64,000 nt of DNA, taken from positions 54,800 to 118,799 of the forward strand of contig JAZSJJ010000001.1 in the NCBI GenBank assembly GCA_045534225.1, in the 5' to 3' direction. Positions 36,703-46,997 of this stretch are shown one piece after another. How positions within the stretch are numbered: position 1 is the first letter of the stretch; each line of letters starts with the position of its first letter. The notes under the pieces are model-generated. The model made no database searches. It had not been told where the DNA came from and saw nothing but the letters and a program-made list of their open reading frames with translations. The stretch is from Clostridia bacterium (GTDB lineage Bacteria > Bacillota > Clostridia > TANB77 > CAG-465). A program made the position numbers and the translations under genes.

Positions 36703-38833
36703 TATTCTTTTTAACCTCCTCTTCAAAGGATCTGTTTAATGATTCTAGCATACTGTTTAATAATAAGTATCTTTCTGCGAATTCTATATTGTTACAATAG
36801 TTCTTATCTGTAGTTGAACCTGTTTTAATAAGTTTTGTTAGGTACTTATCCATATCACTTATCATTTTCTCTATAGAGAATAATGTAACAATTTTGTTTC
36901 TACATAATTCTTTATAATCTACTTTATCTTTATTTACTAGTACTTTTTCAATTGCAGCTCTATATTCTTCTATTTCATTTTCAGAATAATCGAACTCAAA
37001 TTGTTGTTCTGGTACTTGATATGGTCTAATTAAGTAACCACAATCTGTTTGTATAAGCTCTTTTTGGCCGCCTATATCACAAGATACTACAGGTACACCC
37101 ATAGACATAGATTCATATGTAGTAAGTGTTAAACCTTCTCTTAAAGAACATACAAGCGTAACCTTAGCTACTTTATAGAAACGTCTAACATCTTCTTGCA
37201 TACCATAAAGGTCGACATATTCTTCTAGATGCTCTTCTGCAATTTTCTTTTTCATATCTTCAAACGCAGGACCATCTCCAACAAATGCTAACCTTACATT
37301 AGGTCTGGTCTTAATAAGTTGTTTTAACACTTCAATTGCAAATAATGGACGCTTGTAATGAACCATACGACCTACAAATAGTATAACTTCTTTACCTTTG
37401 TATTTCTTTTTAAGTTCATCTTCGCCTTCATATTTCTTATTTAAATCATAGAAATCCGGATCAGTACCTATATATACAGGTTTAATGTTCTTAATATTTC
37501 TATTCATAATATTGTACATTATATGTCTTAAATGTTTTGTACAAGTATATGTATTATCTAAGTACATTGCAACCGAGTTGGAATCTTTAGGGAATCCACC
37601 ATTTCTTAACGTCCAGTTTTCTGCGTGTATATAGTCTACGAATGGTATTTCTTTGAAATGGAATTTTAACCATGGTAATACGTAGTATCCGTAGAAACTA
37701 TTTGAAAGAACAACCGCATTTATCTTTCTAGATTTGATTATATGATAAATAAAACTTGCCCAATCTTTTTCTTTTAAGAACGATGTTAAATCGAAATATT
37801 CGTCAACATATTGTTCTACTTTTTGCCTTAAAACATAATCACATTTCTTAGTGGTGATTACACTAATTTCATATCCTTTTGCTCTTAGTCCTTTAATTAG
37901 GTTTAATGCAAATATATCTGCACCACCTACAACAAACCAAGGGACTATGAATAAAAGTCTTTTCTTCTCAGCTAATGGAAAGATGTCTTTTTTAGTTAAT
38001 TCTATCTTTTGTGGTATATCTTTATAGTCTATTTTATAGATTTTATCGAATTCTATAATGTTAGTATCTAATTTTATTTCAGACTTCATTTTATCTATGT
38101 ATTCATCAGAAATCTTAGATTTTTCTTCACTATTTTCTACCATTACATATTTCTCATCAGCTAGTTTTCTATGCCAATATCCATAGTAGTCCATTTTAAT
38201 TGGAACATACTTTTTACTTAAGAAATATAGCCACATATACCAGTCTTCATGTACTTCTGTTGGAAGCGACATAAAGCTATCTAATTCCAAGAATTTATCT
38301 TTTCTAATAAAAGCACATCTAGATATAATGTTCTTTTTAGCCATTTCATAAATAGCTAGTTTCTTGTTAAATAGACCTTGTTTATCGTGGAAATTTACCA
38401 TTCTAGAATATGCCCAAACACCTTCTGGGTTTGTTAGCATAGTAAAATAACCACACTCTAACATTGTTTTGTCTATTAAATCCGATTCGCAAAGAAGTAA
38501 TAACAAATCACTCTTTGCTTCTTTTGCAGCGATGTATTGAGCTTTTGCAACACTATCGTCTTCTTCTAATTTTACAATTCTAATTCTTTTATCTATCTTA
38601 GTTAATTCTTTTAACGTATCATCAATTTCATCTGTTGCTATCAACCATTCCCAATGAGGGAAAGTTTGGTTTAATAATGAGTTATATGTTTGTTTAATAT
38701 AACCCTGGTTTTCATAGTGTGTTATAACACTTACATATATATTATCTACATATGTACTTAATCTAGACTCTTTGTTTTTGCCTGGTTCTAATGTAAAGTC
38801 GAAGTAGTCTAATTCTGTCTTTGGATTATTCAT
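36689..38833 (-). CDS. Fused bifunctional glycosyltransferase (N-terminal GT2 plus C-terminal GT4)
   Basis: N-terminal GT2 signature (YVSVITHYENQGYIKQTYNSLLNQTF..ATDE). C-terminal GT4 (REGLTLTTYESMSMGVPVVSCDIGG). AGGAGGT RBS before ATG 38833. Confidence 0.7.
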   Translation of the reverse strand: MNNPKTELDYFDFTLEPGKNKESRLSTYVDNIYVSVITHYENQGYIKQTYNSLLNQTFPHWEWLIATDEIDDTLKELTKIDKRIRIVKLEEDDSVAKAQYIAAKEAKSDLLLLLCESDLIDKTMLECGYFTMLTNPEGVWAYSRMVNFHDKQGLFNKKLAIYEMAKKNIISRCAFIRKDKFLELDSFMSLPTEVHEDWYMWLYFLSKKYVPIKMDYYGYWHRKLADEKYVMVENSEEKSKISDEYIDKMKSEIKLDTNIIEFDKIYKIDYKDIPQKIELTKKDIFPLAEKKRLLFIVPWFVVGGADIFALNLIKGLRAKGYEISVITTKKCDYVLRQKVEQYVDEYFDLTSFLKEKDWASFIYHIIKSRKINAVVLSNSFYGYYVLPWLKFHFKEIPFVDYIHAENWTLRNGGFPKDSNSVAMYLDNTYTCTKHLRHIMYNIMNRNIKNIKPVYIGTDPDFYDLNKKYEGEDELKKKYKGKEVILFVGRMVHYKRPLFAIEVLKQLIKTRPNVRLAFVGDGPAFEDMKKKIAEEHLEEYVDLYGMQEDVRRFYKVAKVTLVCSLREGLTLTTYESMSMGVPVVSCDIGGQKELIQTDCGYLIRPYQVPEQQFEFDYSENEIEEYRAAIEKVLVNKDKVDYKELCRNKIVTLFSIEKMISDMDKYLTKLIKTGSTTDKNYCNNIEFAERYLLLNSMLESLNRSFEEEVKKNNEQK

Positions 38834-39030
38834 TTTACCTCCTAAAATTTTTAAGGCTACATTTCCATTATACCATTTTTGATATAATAAGTAAAGCTTT
38901 AAGAGCCCTGAAACCCTTGCTATAACTAGCACCTAGTACTAATTATAACAAAGAAACGCTAGTCCCCACTTGAGGTTTAGCGTTTCTGTTTTTACTAAAA
39001 TTTCTTTGAATTTTTTAATATTTTCTTTAA

Positions 39031-39612
39031 TTAATTATATAGTTTTGTATAAATATTATAATAATTTAATACCTTTTCAAAATATGTTTTTGTTTCATTA
39101 TATTCTATATTTTCTAAAAGCTTTGTATAATCTGTATATTCGTTATATTCTGCGTCAAGCCATGTATCTACCCTACCCATTCCTGCGTTATATGCTATTA
39201 TTGCAAGATAATAATTGCCATCAAAATATTTAATAAGATAAGATAAATACTTTGTTCCTATATGTATATTGGTATATGGTTCGAACACATCGTAGTTCTT
39301 ATCATCTATTGAATCTATTCTTTTAGCCATTTGTTTTGATGTAGGATCCATTATTTGCATTAAACCTTTTGCTCCAGCTCCAGATACAGCATTTTTATTG
39401 AAGTTGCTTTCTTGTTTTATTACAGCATATATTAAATTAGGATCTACATTATATATACTTGCCGCCTGTTCTACTATATCTTTATATTTTCTAGGATATA
39501 TTAAATTTATAGCTATAAAGTATATTATAACAGTTACTAATAATATTAACGAAACAATTATACTTAAGCGTATATTATTCTTTTTTCCTTTGTTGTTGTT
39601 TTTCTTTTTCAA
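39031..39612 (-). CDS. Membrane-anchored lytic transglycosylase (SLT domain)
   Basis: SLT catalytic motif AVIKQESNFN and GAKGLMQI; N-terminal TM. Confidence 0.8.
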   Translation of the reverse strand: MKKKNNNKGKKNNIRLSIIVSLILLVTVIIYFIAINLIYPRKYKDIVEQAASIYNVDPNLIYAVIKQESNFNKNAVSGAGAKGLMQIMDPTSKQMAKRIDSIDDKNYDVFEPYTNIHIGTKYLSYLIKYFDGNYYLAIIAYNAGMGRVDTWLDAEYNEYTDYTKLLENIEYNETKTYFEKVLNYYNIYTKLYN

Positions 39613-39629
39613 TTTGCCTCTCCTTAATA

Positions 39630-42365
39630 TTATTTAGCTTCCATCCAGCTTAAGCCAACATTTACATCAGCTTCTAGTGGTAAATTTAGCTTAACCGCAG
39701 ATTCCATTACTTCTTTCATAGTGTTTTTAACTGTTTCTACTTCGCTATCTTTAGCTTCTACTAAAAGTTCGTCATGTACTTGCATTATTATTTTAGCTTC
39801 AAGATTTAATTCTTTGAATTTCTTATATAAATTGTTCATCGCAATTTTCATAATATCTGCAGCAGTACCTTGTATTGGCATATTCATAGCAACTCTTTCA
39901 CCAAACATTCTAGTATTGTAGTTTGCAGATTTTAATTCTAATACTTTTCTTTTACGTCCATATTTAGTAGTTGCATATCCTGTTTCTAAGCCACTTTCAA
40001 TAAGACCTTTCATATATTTTTCTACGCTAGAATAATGTTTAAAGTAGTTTTCTATATATTCTTTAGCCTCATATCTAGAAACATTTATGTTTTTAGCAAG
40101 TCCAAAATCACTTATACCATATACTATACCAAAGTTTACTGCTTTAGCTTTAGAACGAAGTTCTTTTGTTACTTCTGCAAGAGGCACATTAAATACTTGA
40201 GAAGCAGTTATACTATGGATATCTTCTCCATTTGTATATGCATTTATCATAGTAGGATCACCAGACATATCTGCTAGAACTCTTAATTCTATTTGGCTAT
40301 AGTCTGCGTCTACTATTTTGTATCCTTCTTTTTCTGCTACAAAACATTCTCTAATTCTAGAGCCTAAATCTGTTCTTACAGGTATATTTTGAAGGTTTGG
40401 CTCTACACTAGAAAGTCTACCTGTCGCTGTAACTGTTTGCATAAATGTTGTATGTATTCTACCATCTGTATCTATTACATCTATTAAACTATCTATATAT
40501 GTAGATTTAAGTTTAGCAAGTGTTCTATATTCTAATACTAAAGGTACTATTTCGTGTTTATCTTGTACGCTTTCTAGTATTTCCTTATCTGTAGAATAGT
40601 TAGATTTAGTCTTTTTAGGATATTCTATTTCAAGCTTCTCAAATAGGATTTTGCCTAGTTGCATAGGTGAATTTACATTAAATTCTTCACCTGCAAATTC
40701 ATATATTTTAGTCGTTAATTCTGCAATATTCTTTTCTATGTATTCCCCAAATTCTTTAAGCTTAACTTTATCTACATACATTCCATTAGCTTCTATATTA
40801 GCTAGAGTCTCAACTAATGGCATTTCTACTTCGTTATATAGATAATCTAAGCCCATTTCATGAAGAGTTTCTTTTAACTTAGCTTCAGTTTTTACAATTA
40901 CATTTATATATGCAAAAAGTACTTCTTTTTCATTGTCTGTTAAATCTTCTAAAGTTTCCTCTTTAACAGGTGAGTCTAACATATCTAACATGTCAAACAT
41001 CGAAGTTTGCTCTACCTTTTTAGCCTCTTTATTAAGAGACGGGAAATTTGCATTTAACACTTCATAAGTTATCTTATCTATAGATTGGTTATTGTCCGCT
41101 GTATTAATTAAGTAATACATAATCATAAGGTCATCATTAAAACCATATATATCCTTCACATCGTTCCTAAAAGCCAAATTTAAGACGCTTTTTATGTTGT
41201 AACCAATCTTTTCACATCTGCAACCACAAAACTCTTCTAAAATGCTTTTAGCATTTGCATCTGTAAGCTTAATAGTATATATGTTATTTGCTATACTAAA
41301 TATTAATGTATTCTTTAATTTATTTGATTCAAATTTAGAATCTAAGAATATAAATGGGAGTTTTGTATTGTTAATAGGGCTTAATGTATTAAGCGCCACT
41401 TTAACATCCTCTTTAGTGGTAAGGTTAATAAATTTTGTATTACCAAGTTCACTAAAGAAGTCTCCGTTTACATTAACTACTTCTTTGCCTTCTGTATATC
41501 TATCTAAGAACTTCTTAAATTCAAGTCTAGTAAATAACTTAGTAACTTCCTCTAAATTTACATCTTTAACTCTTAATACTTCATAGTCTAAATCTATAGG
41601 CACATTTGTATTAATAGTTGCTAGTGTTTTAGATAAGAATGCCATTTCTTTATTCTCTATTAGATTTGCTCTTAATTTATCTGATACATCTATAGTATCT
41701 ATATTGTTATATAGGTTTTCTATGTTGTCGCACATATTAAGTAATGTAAGTGCTGTCTTCTCTCCTACCTTTGGTACGCCAGGTATATTATCTGATTTAT
41801 CTCCCATTAATGCTTTAAGCTCAATTATTTGGTAAGGTTTAACTCCCATAGCTTCCATTAAAGTTTCGGGATTATATATAGTGTACTCTGTCTTAGCACC
41901 ATTCTTACCAGGCATAACTACATTGCTCATTTCAGATACTAATTGAAGAGTATCTTTATCACCTGTTAGTATATATGTAACTATATCTTTAGTGCTACTC
42001 ACTTTAGCAACTGTACCTAATATATCATCTGCTTCATATCCTTCTAATTCTAATATAGGGATATTCATTGCTCTTAATACATCTTTAATTAGACTCATTT
42101 GTGGTCTAAGTTCATCTGGCATAGATCTACGTCCTGCTTTATATGCATCATACATCTTATGTCTAAATGTTGGTGCAGATATATCAAAAGCCACAGCTAC
42201 ATAGTCTGGCTTTAACATACTTTCCATCATATAGAATATGTTTAAGAAGCCATATACCGCATTTGTATATGTTCCATCTTTTACAGATAGTAATCTTATA
42301 CCATAGAATGCTCTATTCATTATACTATTACCATCTATAACAAGTATTTTCTCTTTGTTCTCCAT
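39630..42365 (-). CDS. polA: DNA polymerase I
   Basis: N-terminal 5'-3' exonuclease (ILVIDGNSIMNRAFYG), the polymerase motif A (DYSQIELR) and motif C (QVHDEL). Confidence 0.95.
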   Translation of the reverse strand: MENKEKILVIDGNSIMNRAFYGIRLLSVKDGTYTNAVYGFLNIFYMMESMLKPDYVAVAFDISAPTFRHKMYDAYKAGRRSMPDELRPQMSLIKDVLRAMNIPILELEGYEADDILGTVAKVSSTKDIVTYILTGDKDTLQLVSEMSNVVMPGKNGAKTEYTIYNPETLMEAMGVKPYQIIELKALMGDKSDNIPGVPKVGEKTALTLLNMCDNIENLYNNIDTIDVSDKLRANLIENKEMAFLSKTLATINTNVPIDLDYEVLRVKDVNLEEVTKLFTRLEFKKFLDRYTEGKEVVNVNGDFFSELGNTKFINLTTKEDVKVALNTLSPINNTKLPFIFLDSKFESNKLKNTLIFSIANNIYTIKLTDANAKSILEEFCGCRCEKIGYNIKSVLNLAFRNDVKDIYGFNDDLMIMYYLINTADNNQSIDKITYEVLNANFPSLNKEAKKVEQTSMFDMLDMLDSPVKEETLEDLTDNEKEVLFAYINVIVKTEAKLKETLHEMGLDYLYNEVEMPLVETLANIEANGMYVDKVKLKEFGEYIEKNIAELTTKIYEFAGEEFNVNSPMQLGKILFEKLEIEYPKKTKSNYSTDKEILESVQDKHEIVPLVLEYRTLAKLKSTYIDSLIDVIDTDGRIHTTFMQTVTATGRLSSVEPNLQNIPVRTDLGSRIRECFVAEKEGYKIVDADYSQIELRVLADMSGDPTMINAYTNGEDIHSITASQVFNVPLAEVTKELRSKAKAVNFGIVYGISDFGLAKNINVSRYEAKEYIENYFKHYSSVEKYMKGLIESGLETGYATTKYGRKRKVLELKSANYNTRMFGERVAMNMPIQGTAADIMKIAMNNLYKKFKELNLEAKIIMQVHDELLVEAKDSEVETVKNTMKEVMESAVKLNLPLEADVNVGLSWMEAK

Positions 42366-42403
42366 TATAACCTCCGTTTGTAGTGTAATTTGTAAATTAT
42401 ACT

Positions 42404-42667
42404 TTACTCTTTAACAATAAAATAACCTTTTTCAAATATATCTTCTATATTGCAATTATTATCCATTAAATATTGTATCACCGCTCCTGCGACTGCGGAT
42501 AATAATATTTTTGCTGTTATTGATAAATTATCTAATGATTCTATTTGATTTGCTGCCATCTCGTTTATCTTAAATTTTTTACCCGTTAATTCGCCAAAAT
42601 ATTCTGATAAAGCCCATTCTATTTTATAATCATTATCTCCTAGCTTTATTTCTATAATTTGTGCCAT
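42404..42667 (-). CDS. Hypothetical small protein (87 aa)
   Basis: ORF with an RBS between polA and hemW; unknown. Confidence 0.3.
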   Translation of the reverse strand: MAQIIEIKLGDNDYKIEWALSEYFGELTGKKFKINEMAANQIESLDNLSITAKILLSAVAGAVIQYLMDNNCNIEDIFEKGYFIVKE

Positions 42668-42700
42668 ATAATTCTCCTTTTCATCTTGTTAAATCAATTA

Positions 42701-43834
42701 TTATATAAACTCTTGCCATACTATATTGGCTAAATCTTCGCCTTTATATGTAAGTCTTATTCCTACATCATCTTTTTCTAGAAGTCCTTCTTCAACTAAT
42801 TTATCTATTTGTACTTTATACATATCTAATACATCTTTCTTAAACTTTAGTTTAAACTCATTAAAATTTAGTCCTTCTTTAAGTCTAAGTCTAAGAATTA
42901 TATATTCTTTCATAGTATCTAGCAAGTCCATTTCTTCTATATCTTGTTTTACACTTATACCTTGTTTCATATATTGTATATACTTAGCCATATCTGGTAT
43001 ATTTGTATATCTAGTACTATTTATGAAGCTGGATGCAGCCGCACCTAATCCTAAATACTCTTGCTGATTCCAATATCCAGTATTATGCTTAGATTCATAT
43101 TTAGGTTTAGCATAATTAGATATTTCGTATCTATTGAAGCCTTTTTCTTCTAACATTTTATCTAAAGTGTATTTCATTTCTCTTTCAGCGTTTTCATCTG
43201 GCAATGTTAAAAAACCACTGTTAAGTAGAAAGTCTAGTTTTGTTCCTTCATGTACTTCTAAGCTATATGCAGATATATGTTTAATCTTATCTAGACTAAG
43301 AATGTATTCTACGGTCTTCTTAAAGTCTTCTAATGTTTCATCTGGAAGACCAATTATTACATCTGTAGAAATATTACTAAATCCAGCTTCTATAGCATCC
43401 ATATATGCTTTTTCAAACATTTCTTTAGTTGCAATACGACCTATTTTCTTTAACATATCGTTATTTGCAGATTGCAAACCTAAACTTAATCTATTTACTC
43501 CTGCTTCTAGATATGCAGTAAGCTTTTCTTTAGTTAAGCTTTCTGGATTCGCTTCTATTGTTATTTCTTCTATACTGTTATTAAATAACCTTATTATATC
43601 TAATATTTTAGCTATATGTTTTGCGTCTATTAAAGAGGGAGTTCCACCACCAAAATATACAGTAGTTATATTTCTTTCTTGTAATAATTCTGAGTTGGCT
43701 AAAAGTTCCATACATATTGTATCTATGTATTCTTCTATGTTGCTATTTGTACATTCTGGTTTAGAATAAAAGTCGCAATAGAAACATTTAGATTTGCAAA
43801 ATGGTATATGTATATATATTCCTAAGTCTTTCAT
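42701..43834 (-). CDS. hemW: Radical SAM heme chaperone HemW (HemN-like oxygen-independent coproporphyrinogen oxidase family)
   Basis: CxxxCxxC radical-SAM cluster (CKSKCFYCDF) and a HemN C-terminal domain. Confidence 0.85.
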   Translation of the reverse strand: MKDLGIYIHIPFCKSKCFYCDFYSKPECTNSNIEEYIDTICMELLANSELLQERNITTVYFGGGTPSLIDAKHIAKILDIIRLFNNSIEEITIEANPESLTKEKLTAYLEAGVNRLSLGLQSANNDMLKKIGRIATKEMFEKAYMDAIEAGFSNISTDVIIGLPDETLEDFKKTVEYILSLDKIKHISAYSLEVHEGTKLDFLLNSGFLTLPDENAEREMKYTLDKMLEEKGFNRYEISNYAKPKYESKHNTGYWNQQEYLGLGAAASSFINSTRYTNIPDMAKYIQYMKQGISVKQDIEEMDLLDTMKEYIILRLRLKEGLNFNEFKLKFKKDVLDMYKVQIDKLVEEGLLEKDDVGIRLTYKGEDLANIVWQEFI

Positions 43835-44529
43835 TCTTCCTCCGCTATTTTTACTATCTTATTTAATCTATGATATACACCAGATTTACTTATTTCATAC
43901 GAGCATTTAGCTGCAAGTTCTTCTAGAGATGCTGCAGGATCATCTTCTCTAAGTTCAGCTATTTCTCTTAGTTTAGCATTTAGAGTATCAAATCTGCCGT
44001 CTGCTTTTAATTTGTTTATTGCTTCTATATGCTTGTATGAAGCTTTGGCTATTTTATTTAAATTAGCTGTCTCACAGTTTACTGTACGATTTATATCATT
44101 TTTAATGCTTTTGTTTATACGAACATCCTCAAACTTAAAGACTGCTTTATTCGCTTCAAATATTCTAAGCATAGTAGCAATTTGTTCCGATTCTTTTATA
44201 TATACCACATAATCTTGATTTCTTTTAATTGTCTTAGGTAAAAGGCCAAATTCTTCCATTATTTTCATAACATAGTTTGCATGTGTTTTACCTTTTAGGG
44301 ATACTTCAAAATGGTAATCTGATTCTGGGTTCACTAAACAACCACTACCTAAAAACACTCCTTTTAGGAATGCTTTTTTGCAGCAGGATTTAGTTATTAG
44401 CTTCTTTAATTCTGTTACAGTTATATCTTTAGATTCCGTAATTAACTCACCATATCTTAAAGGTATAACACAACATTTTTTGTTCTTAGTTTCTAGTATT
44501 TCGTTTTTTATTTCTTCTGAAAACGACAT
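43831..44529 (-). CDS. whiA: WhiA-family DNA-binding protein, a short form (232 aa) lacking the first LAGLIDADG-like domain
   Basis: MSFSEEIKNEI N-terminus, KKAFLKGVFLGSG..NPESDYHFEV and a C-terminal HTH (VNCETANLNK..ISKSGVYHRL). Canonical WhiA is about 315 aa. Confidence 0.6.
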   Translation of the reverse strand: MSFSEEIKNEILETKNKKCCVIPLRYGELITESKDITVTELKKLITKSCCKKAFLKGVFLGSGCLVNPESDYHFEVSLKGKTHANYVMKIMEEFGLLPKTIKRNQDYVVYIKESEQIATMLRIFEANKAVFKFEDVRINKSIKNDINRTVNCETANLNKIAKASYKHIEAINKLKADGRFDTLNAKLREIAELREDDPAASLEELAAKCSYEISKSGVYHRLNKIVKIAEEE

Positions 44530-45380
44530 TTTACCACCCTATCTTTTGAATTAATATCTTTAATTATCTTAATATCTGTATATTCTTTATGTTCCTTAAT
44601 GATGTTTACAACATCTTCACCCTGAAGGTGTCCTATTTCTACAAGAATACTTCCACCATCATTTAAGAAGTTTTTAGCTTCGTTATATATAACTCTATAT
44701 GGTTCTAAACCGTCTTTTCCGCCTCTTAATGCTAGTTCTGGTTCTTGTTTTACAAAGTCTGAAATTTCATTCATTTCATCATCTGTTAAGTACGGCGGAT
44801 TTGACGTTATTATATCATACTTGTTTGTAGTTTTGTATAGTGATTCAAACATATCTGATTTAATTACTTCGCATTTGTCTTTTACATCATTTATATCTAT
44901 ATTTTTAGTAGCTACTCTAATCGCTACGTCCGAAATATCTATTAGCGTTGCACTTTCAATATTTGAATTCTTCATTACGGATATTGCAACACATCCTGTG
45001 CCCGTACAAAGGTCTAGAAGGCTTAAATAACCGTTTTCTTTTATACAGTTAATACTTTCTTCTATTAATGTTTCAGTGTCTTGTCTTGGTATTAAAACAC
45101 CGTCTTCTATATAGTATTCCTCGTTATATATATATGCTTTATGTGTTAGATACTGTGGTGGCATTTTATCCACAGCTATTTTTTCCATCATTCGATCTAA
45201 TACTTGTATGTCTTCATCTGTTATTTCTACCATATTAAGCTTTATATCTGATAATTTTACACATTTTATCTCAGCAAGTAATAAAACAACAAGTTCCCTA
45301 GGGGTACTTGTTATATCTAGGGAATCTATATTGTACTTATTTATATATTCTTCTGTTAGTTTATTTAATATATTACTCAT
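44508..45380 (-). CDS. prmC: Release factor glutamine N5-methyltransferase
   Basis: SAM-binding DLCTGTGC and the NPPY catalytic motif. Confidence 0.85.
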   Translation of the reverse strand: MSNILNKLTEEYINKYNIDSLDITSTPRELVVLLLAEIKCVKLSDIKLNMVEITDEDIQVLDRMMEKIAVDKMPPQYLTHKAYIYNEEYYIEDGVLIPRQDTETLIEESINCIKENGYLSLLDLCTGTGCVAISVMKNSNIESATLIDISDVAIRVATKNIDINDVKDKCEVIKSDMFESLYKTTNKYDIITSNPPYLTDDEMNEISDFVKQEPELALRGGKDGLEPYRVIYNEAKNFLNDGGSILVEIGHLQGEDVVNIIKEHKEYTDIKIIKDINSKDRVVKCRFQKK

Positions 45381-46173
45381 TATTTCTTTCCTTTATATTA
45401 TCTAAAACTTTCTTTATTTCTATATCTAGGTTACTTCCTTCTTCGTAATTTGCAGGTACCGTTAAATTAACACGTCCGTCCGCAAACAACTTAGTAGAAA
45501 GTCTATCACTATCTTTATGTACAGCCACTGCTACTCCGCCGTTATCCTTTACAAGTTTCATGCATGGTACATCTGTAAGGCCATCGCCGAAGTATACCAT
45601 ATTGTTAAATGGAATTGCTTTCTTATCTTCTTCCATTTTATCGTTTATTGCTTCATCATACACCTCAAATATGCCTTTGTTTATTCTATATAAAAATTGT
45701 GTCTTGTTAGTATAGTTTACGCATACTGCAGGCCATTTTGCGATATCGTCTATGTTGTATAAAAAGCTACAAGCATATATTCTTTCAAACTTATCTTTTA
45801 TACTTGTTCCTTCAATCATTTCCTTTATACCAGATGATACTATATAATGGTGTATATTAAGGCCTAATGCAGCACCATAGTTGTTTATTCTATCAAACCA
45901 GTCTTCTACACCCGGATAAAAAGTAACGCTTTTTCCATACTCTACAAACGCACTTTTCTTAACAGATATATTCTTTTCTTCTGCTTTCTTTAGCATTAAA
46001 TACATATATGCTAGAACGCCTTCCATATTGTTTTTAATTTTAAGTTCATTTGCTTCTTCCCAAAACTCTTTAGATGTCATTTTAAGAGCTGGTATAAAGT
46101 TATATTCTTGTATATTGCCATGAGCTAATGTTCCGTCAAAGTCATATATAAATGCTACATTATTGTTTTTCAT
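45373..46173 (-). CDS. HAD-superfamily hydrolase
   Basis: Motif I FIYDFDGTL and a later GDGLTD (motif IV). Confidence 0.6.
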   Translation of the reverse strand: MKNNNVAFIYDFDGTLAHGNIQEYNFIPALKMTSKEFWEEANELKIKNNMEGVLAYMYLMLKKAEEKNISVKKSAFVEYGKSVTFYPGVEDWFDRINNYGAALGLNIHHYIVSSGIKEMIEGTSIKDKFERIYACSFLYNIDDIAKWPAVCVNYTNKTQFLYRINKGIFEVYDEAINDKMEEDKKAIPFNNMVYFGDGLTDVPCMKLVKDNGGVAVAVHKDSDRLSTKLFADGRVNLTVPANYEEGSNLDIEIKKVLDNIKERNNE

Positions 46174-46228
46174 ATATCCTCCTTATTTTGAGTAAAATAA
46201 AAGTGCTACATTATGCAGCACCGTTATA

Positions 46229-46432
46229 TTACTTATTTGTTCCGTATTTTTCCATGAATTTTGCGGCTCTACCTTTAGAAGAAACTGCTTGTTTTAATCC
46301 AGTAAAGAATGGATGACATGCGCTACAAGTATCAGTCTTCATATCTTTCTTAGTTGAACCTACTTCAATTACGTTACCGCAAGCGCAAGTAATTGTTGTT
46401 TTTTCATATTTTGGTTGTATTTCGCTTTTCAT
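46229..46432 (-). CDS. rpmE: 50S ribosomal protein L31
   Basis: Zn-ribbon form, with CxC..C..C (CACGNV..CSACHPF) and a KFMEKYG tail. Confidence 0.9.
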   Translation of the reverse strand: MKSEIQPKYEKTTITCACGNVIEVGSTKKDMKTDTCSACHPFFTGLKQAVSSKGRAAKFMEKYGTNK

Positions 46433-46545
46433 TATTTGTCCCTCCTTATTAATAAGATTCGCTTTTACCTAATATATTCTAACATAAGTTTATTTAAATT
46501 ACAACTTTTTTATGATATTTATGCAAATATTTTTTTATTAAGAGA

Positions 46546-46935
46546 TTACTTAATCCAAGCTCCTAACATCCACTTATTAAATAGCTTAAATTCACCGCTT
46601 ACTATATTGTTGTTTGATATAGCTTCTGTTGAGTTTTGATATTCCTCAAATTTTTTGTCATACTTATATGAAACTGTATAGCCAATTCCGGAATATATAA
46701 CAGTGTCATCTGTATATGTCTCTCCAGTTATTTTGCCAGGTAATACACCTAAATTTTTATTAAATCTAACAAGCTCCATGATTATAAAAAGAATAAATGC
46801 AACTAATAATATAACTGCTATTTTTATTGTTGCTTTTAAGAATCTTTTTGTTTCCTTTTTTATTGCCTCTTTTTTAGCTATTTTCATGTCTCTTTCTATT
46901 GCTTTTCTTGTTCTTACGTTCATTTTACCTTCCAT
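46546..46935 (-). CDS. Hypothetical membrane-anchored protein
   Basis: Basic N-terminus, a single TM helix and then about 70 extracytoplasmic aa; unknown. Confidence 0.35.
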   Translation of the reverse strand: MEGKMNVRTRKAIERDMKIAKKEAIKKETKRFLKATIKIAVILLVAFILFIIMELVRFNKNLGVLPGKITGETYTDDTVIYSGIGYTVSYKYDKKFEEYQNSTEAISNNNIVSGEFKLFNKWMLGAWIK

Positions 46936-46997
46936 ATATTATCCCTCGATATGTGTATTATATCACATTAAGAATATATTGCAAGAAATCTAATAGA

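Noticed and set aside
36689-36726. GT4/GT2-GT4 overlap as evidence of a frameshift or fusion
   Set aside because: The downstream GT4 has its own AGGAGG RBS and ATG (36702) inside the overlap. Short overlaps are normal operon architecture, so this is not called a pseudogene.
43134-43769. 211-aa plus-strand ORF
   Set aside because: It is antisense inside hemW. Other long antisense ORFs inside polA, the ABC ATPase and the GT genes were ignored for the same reason.
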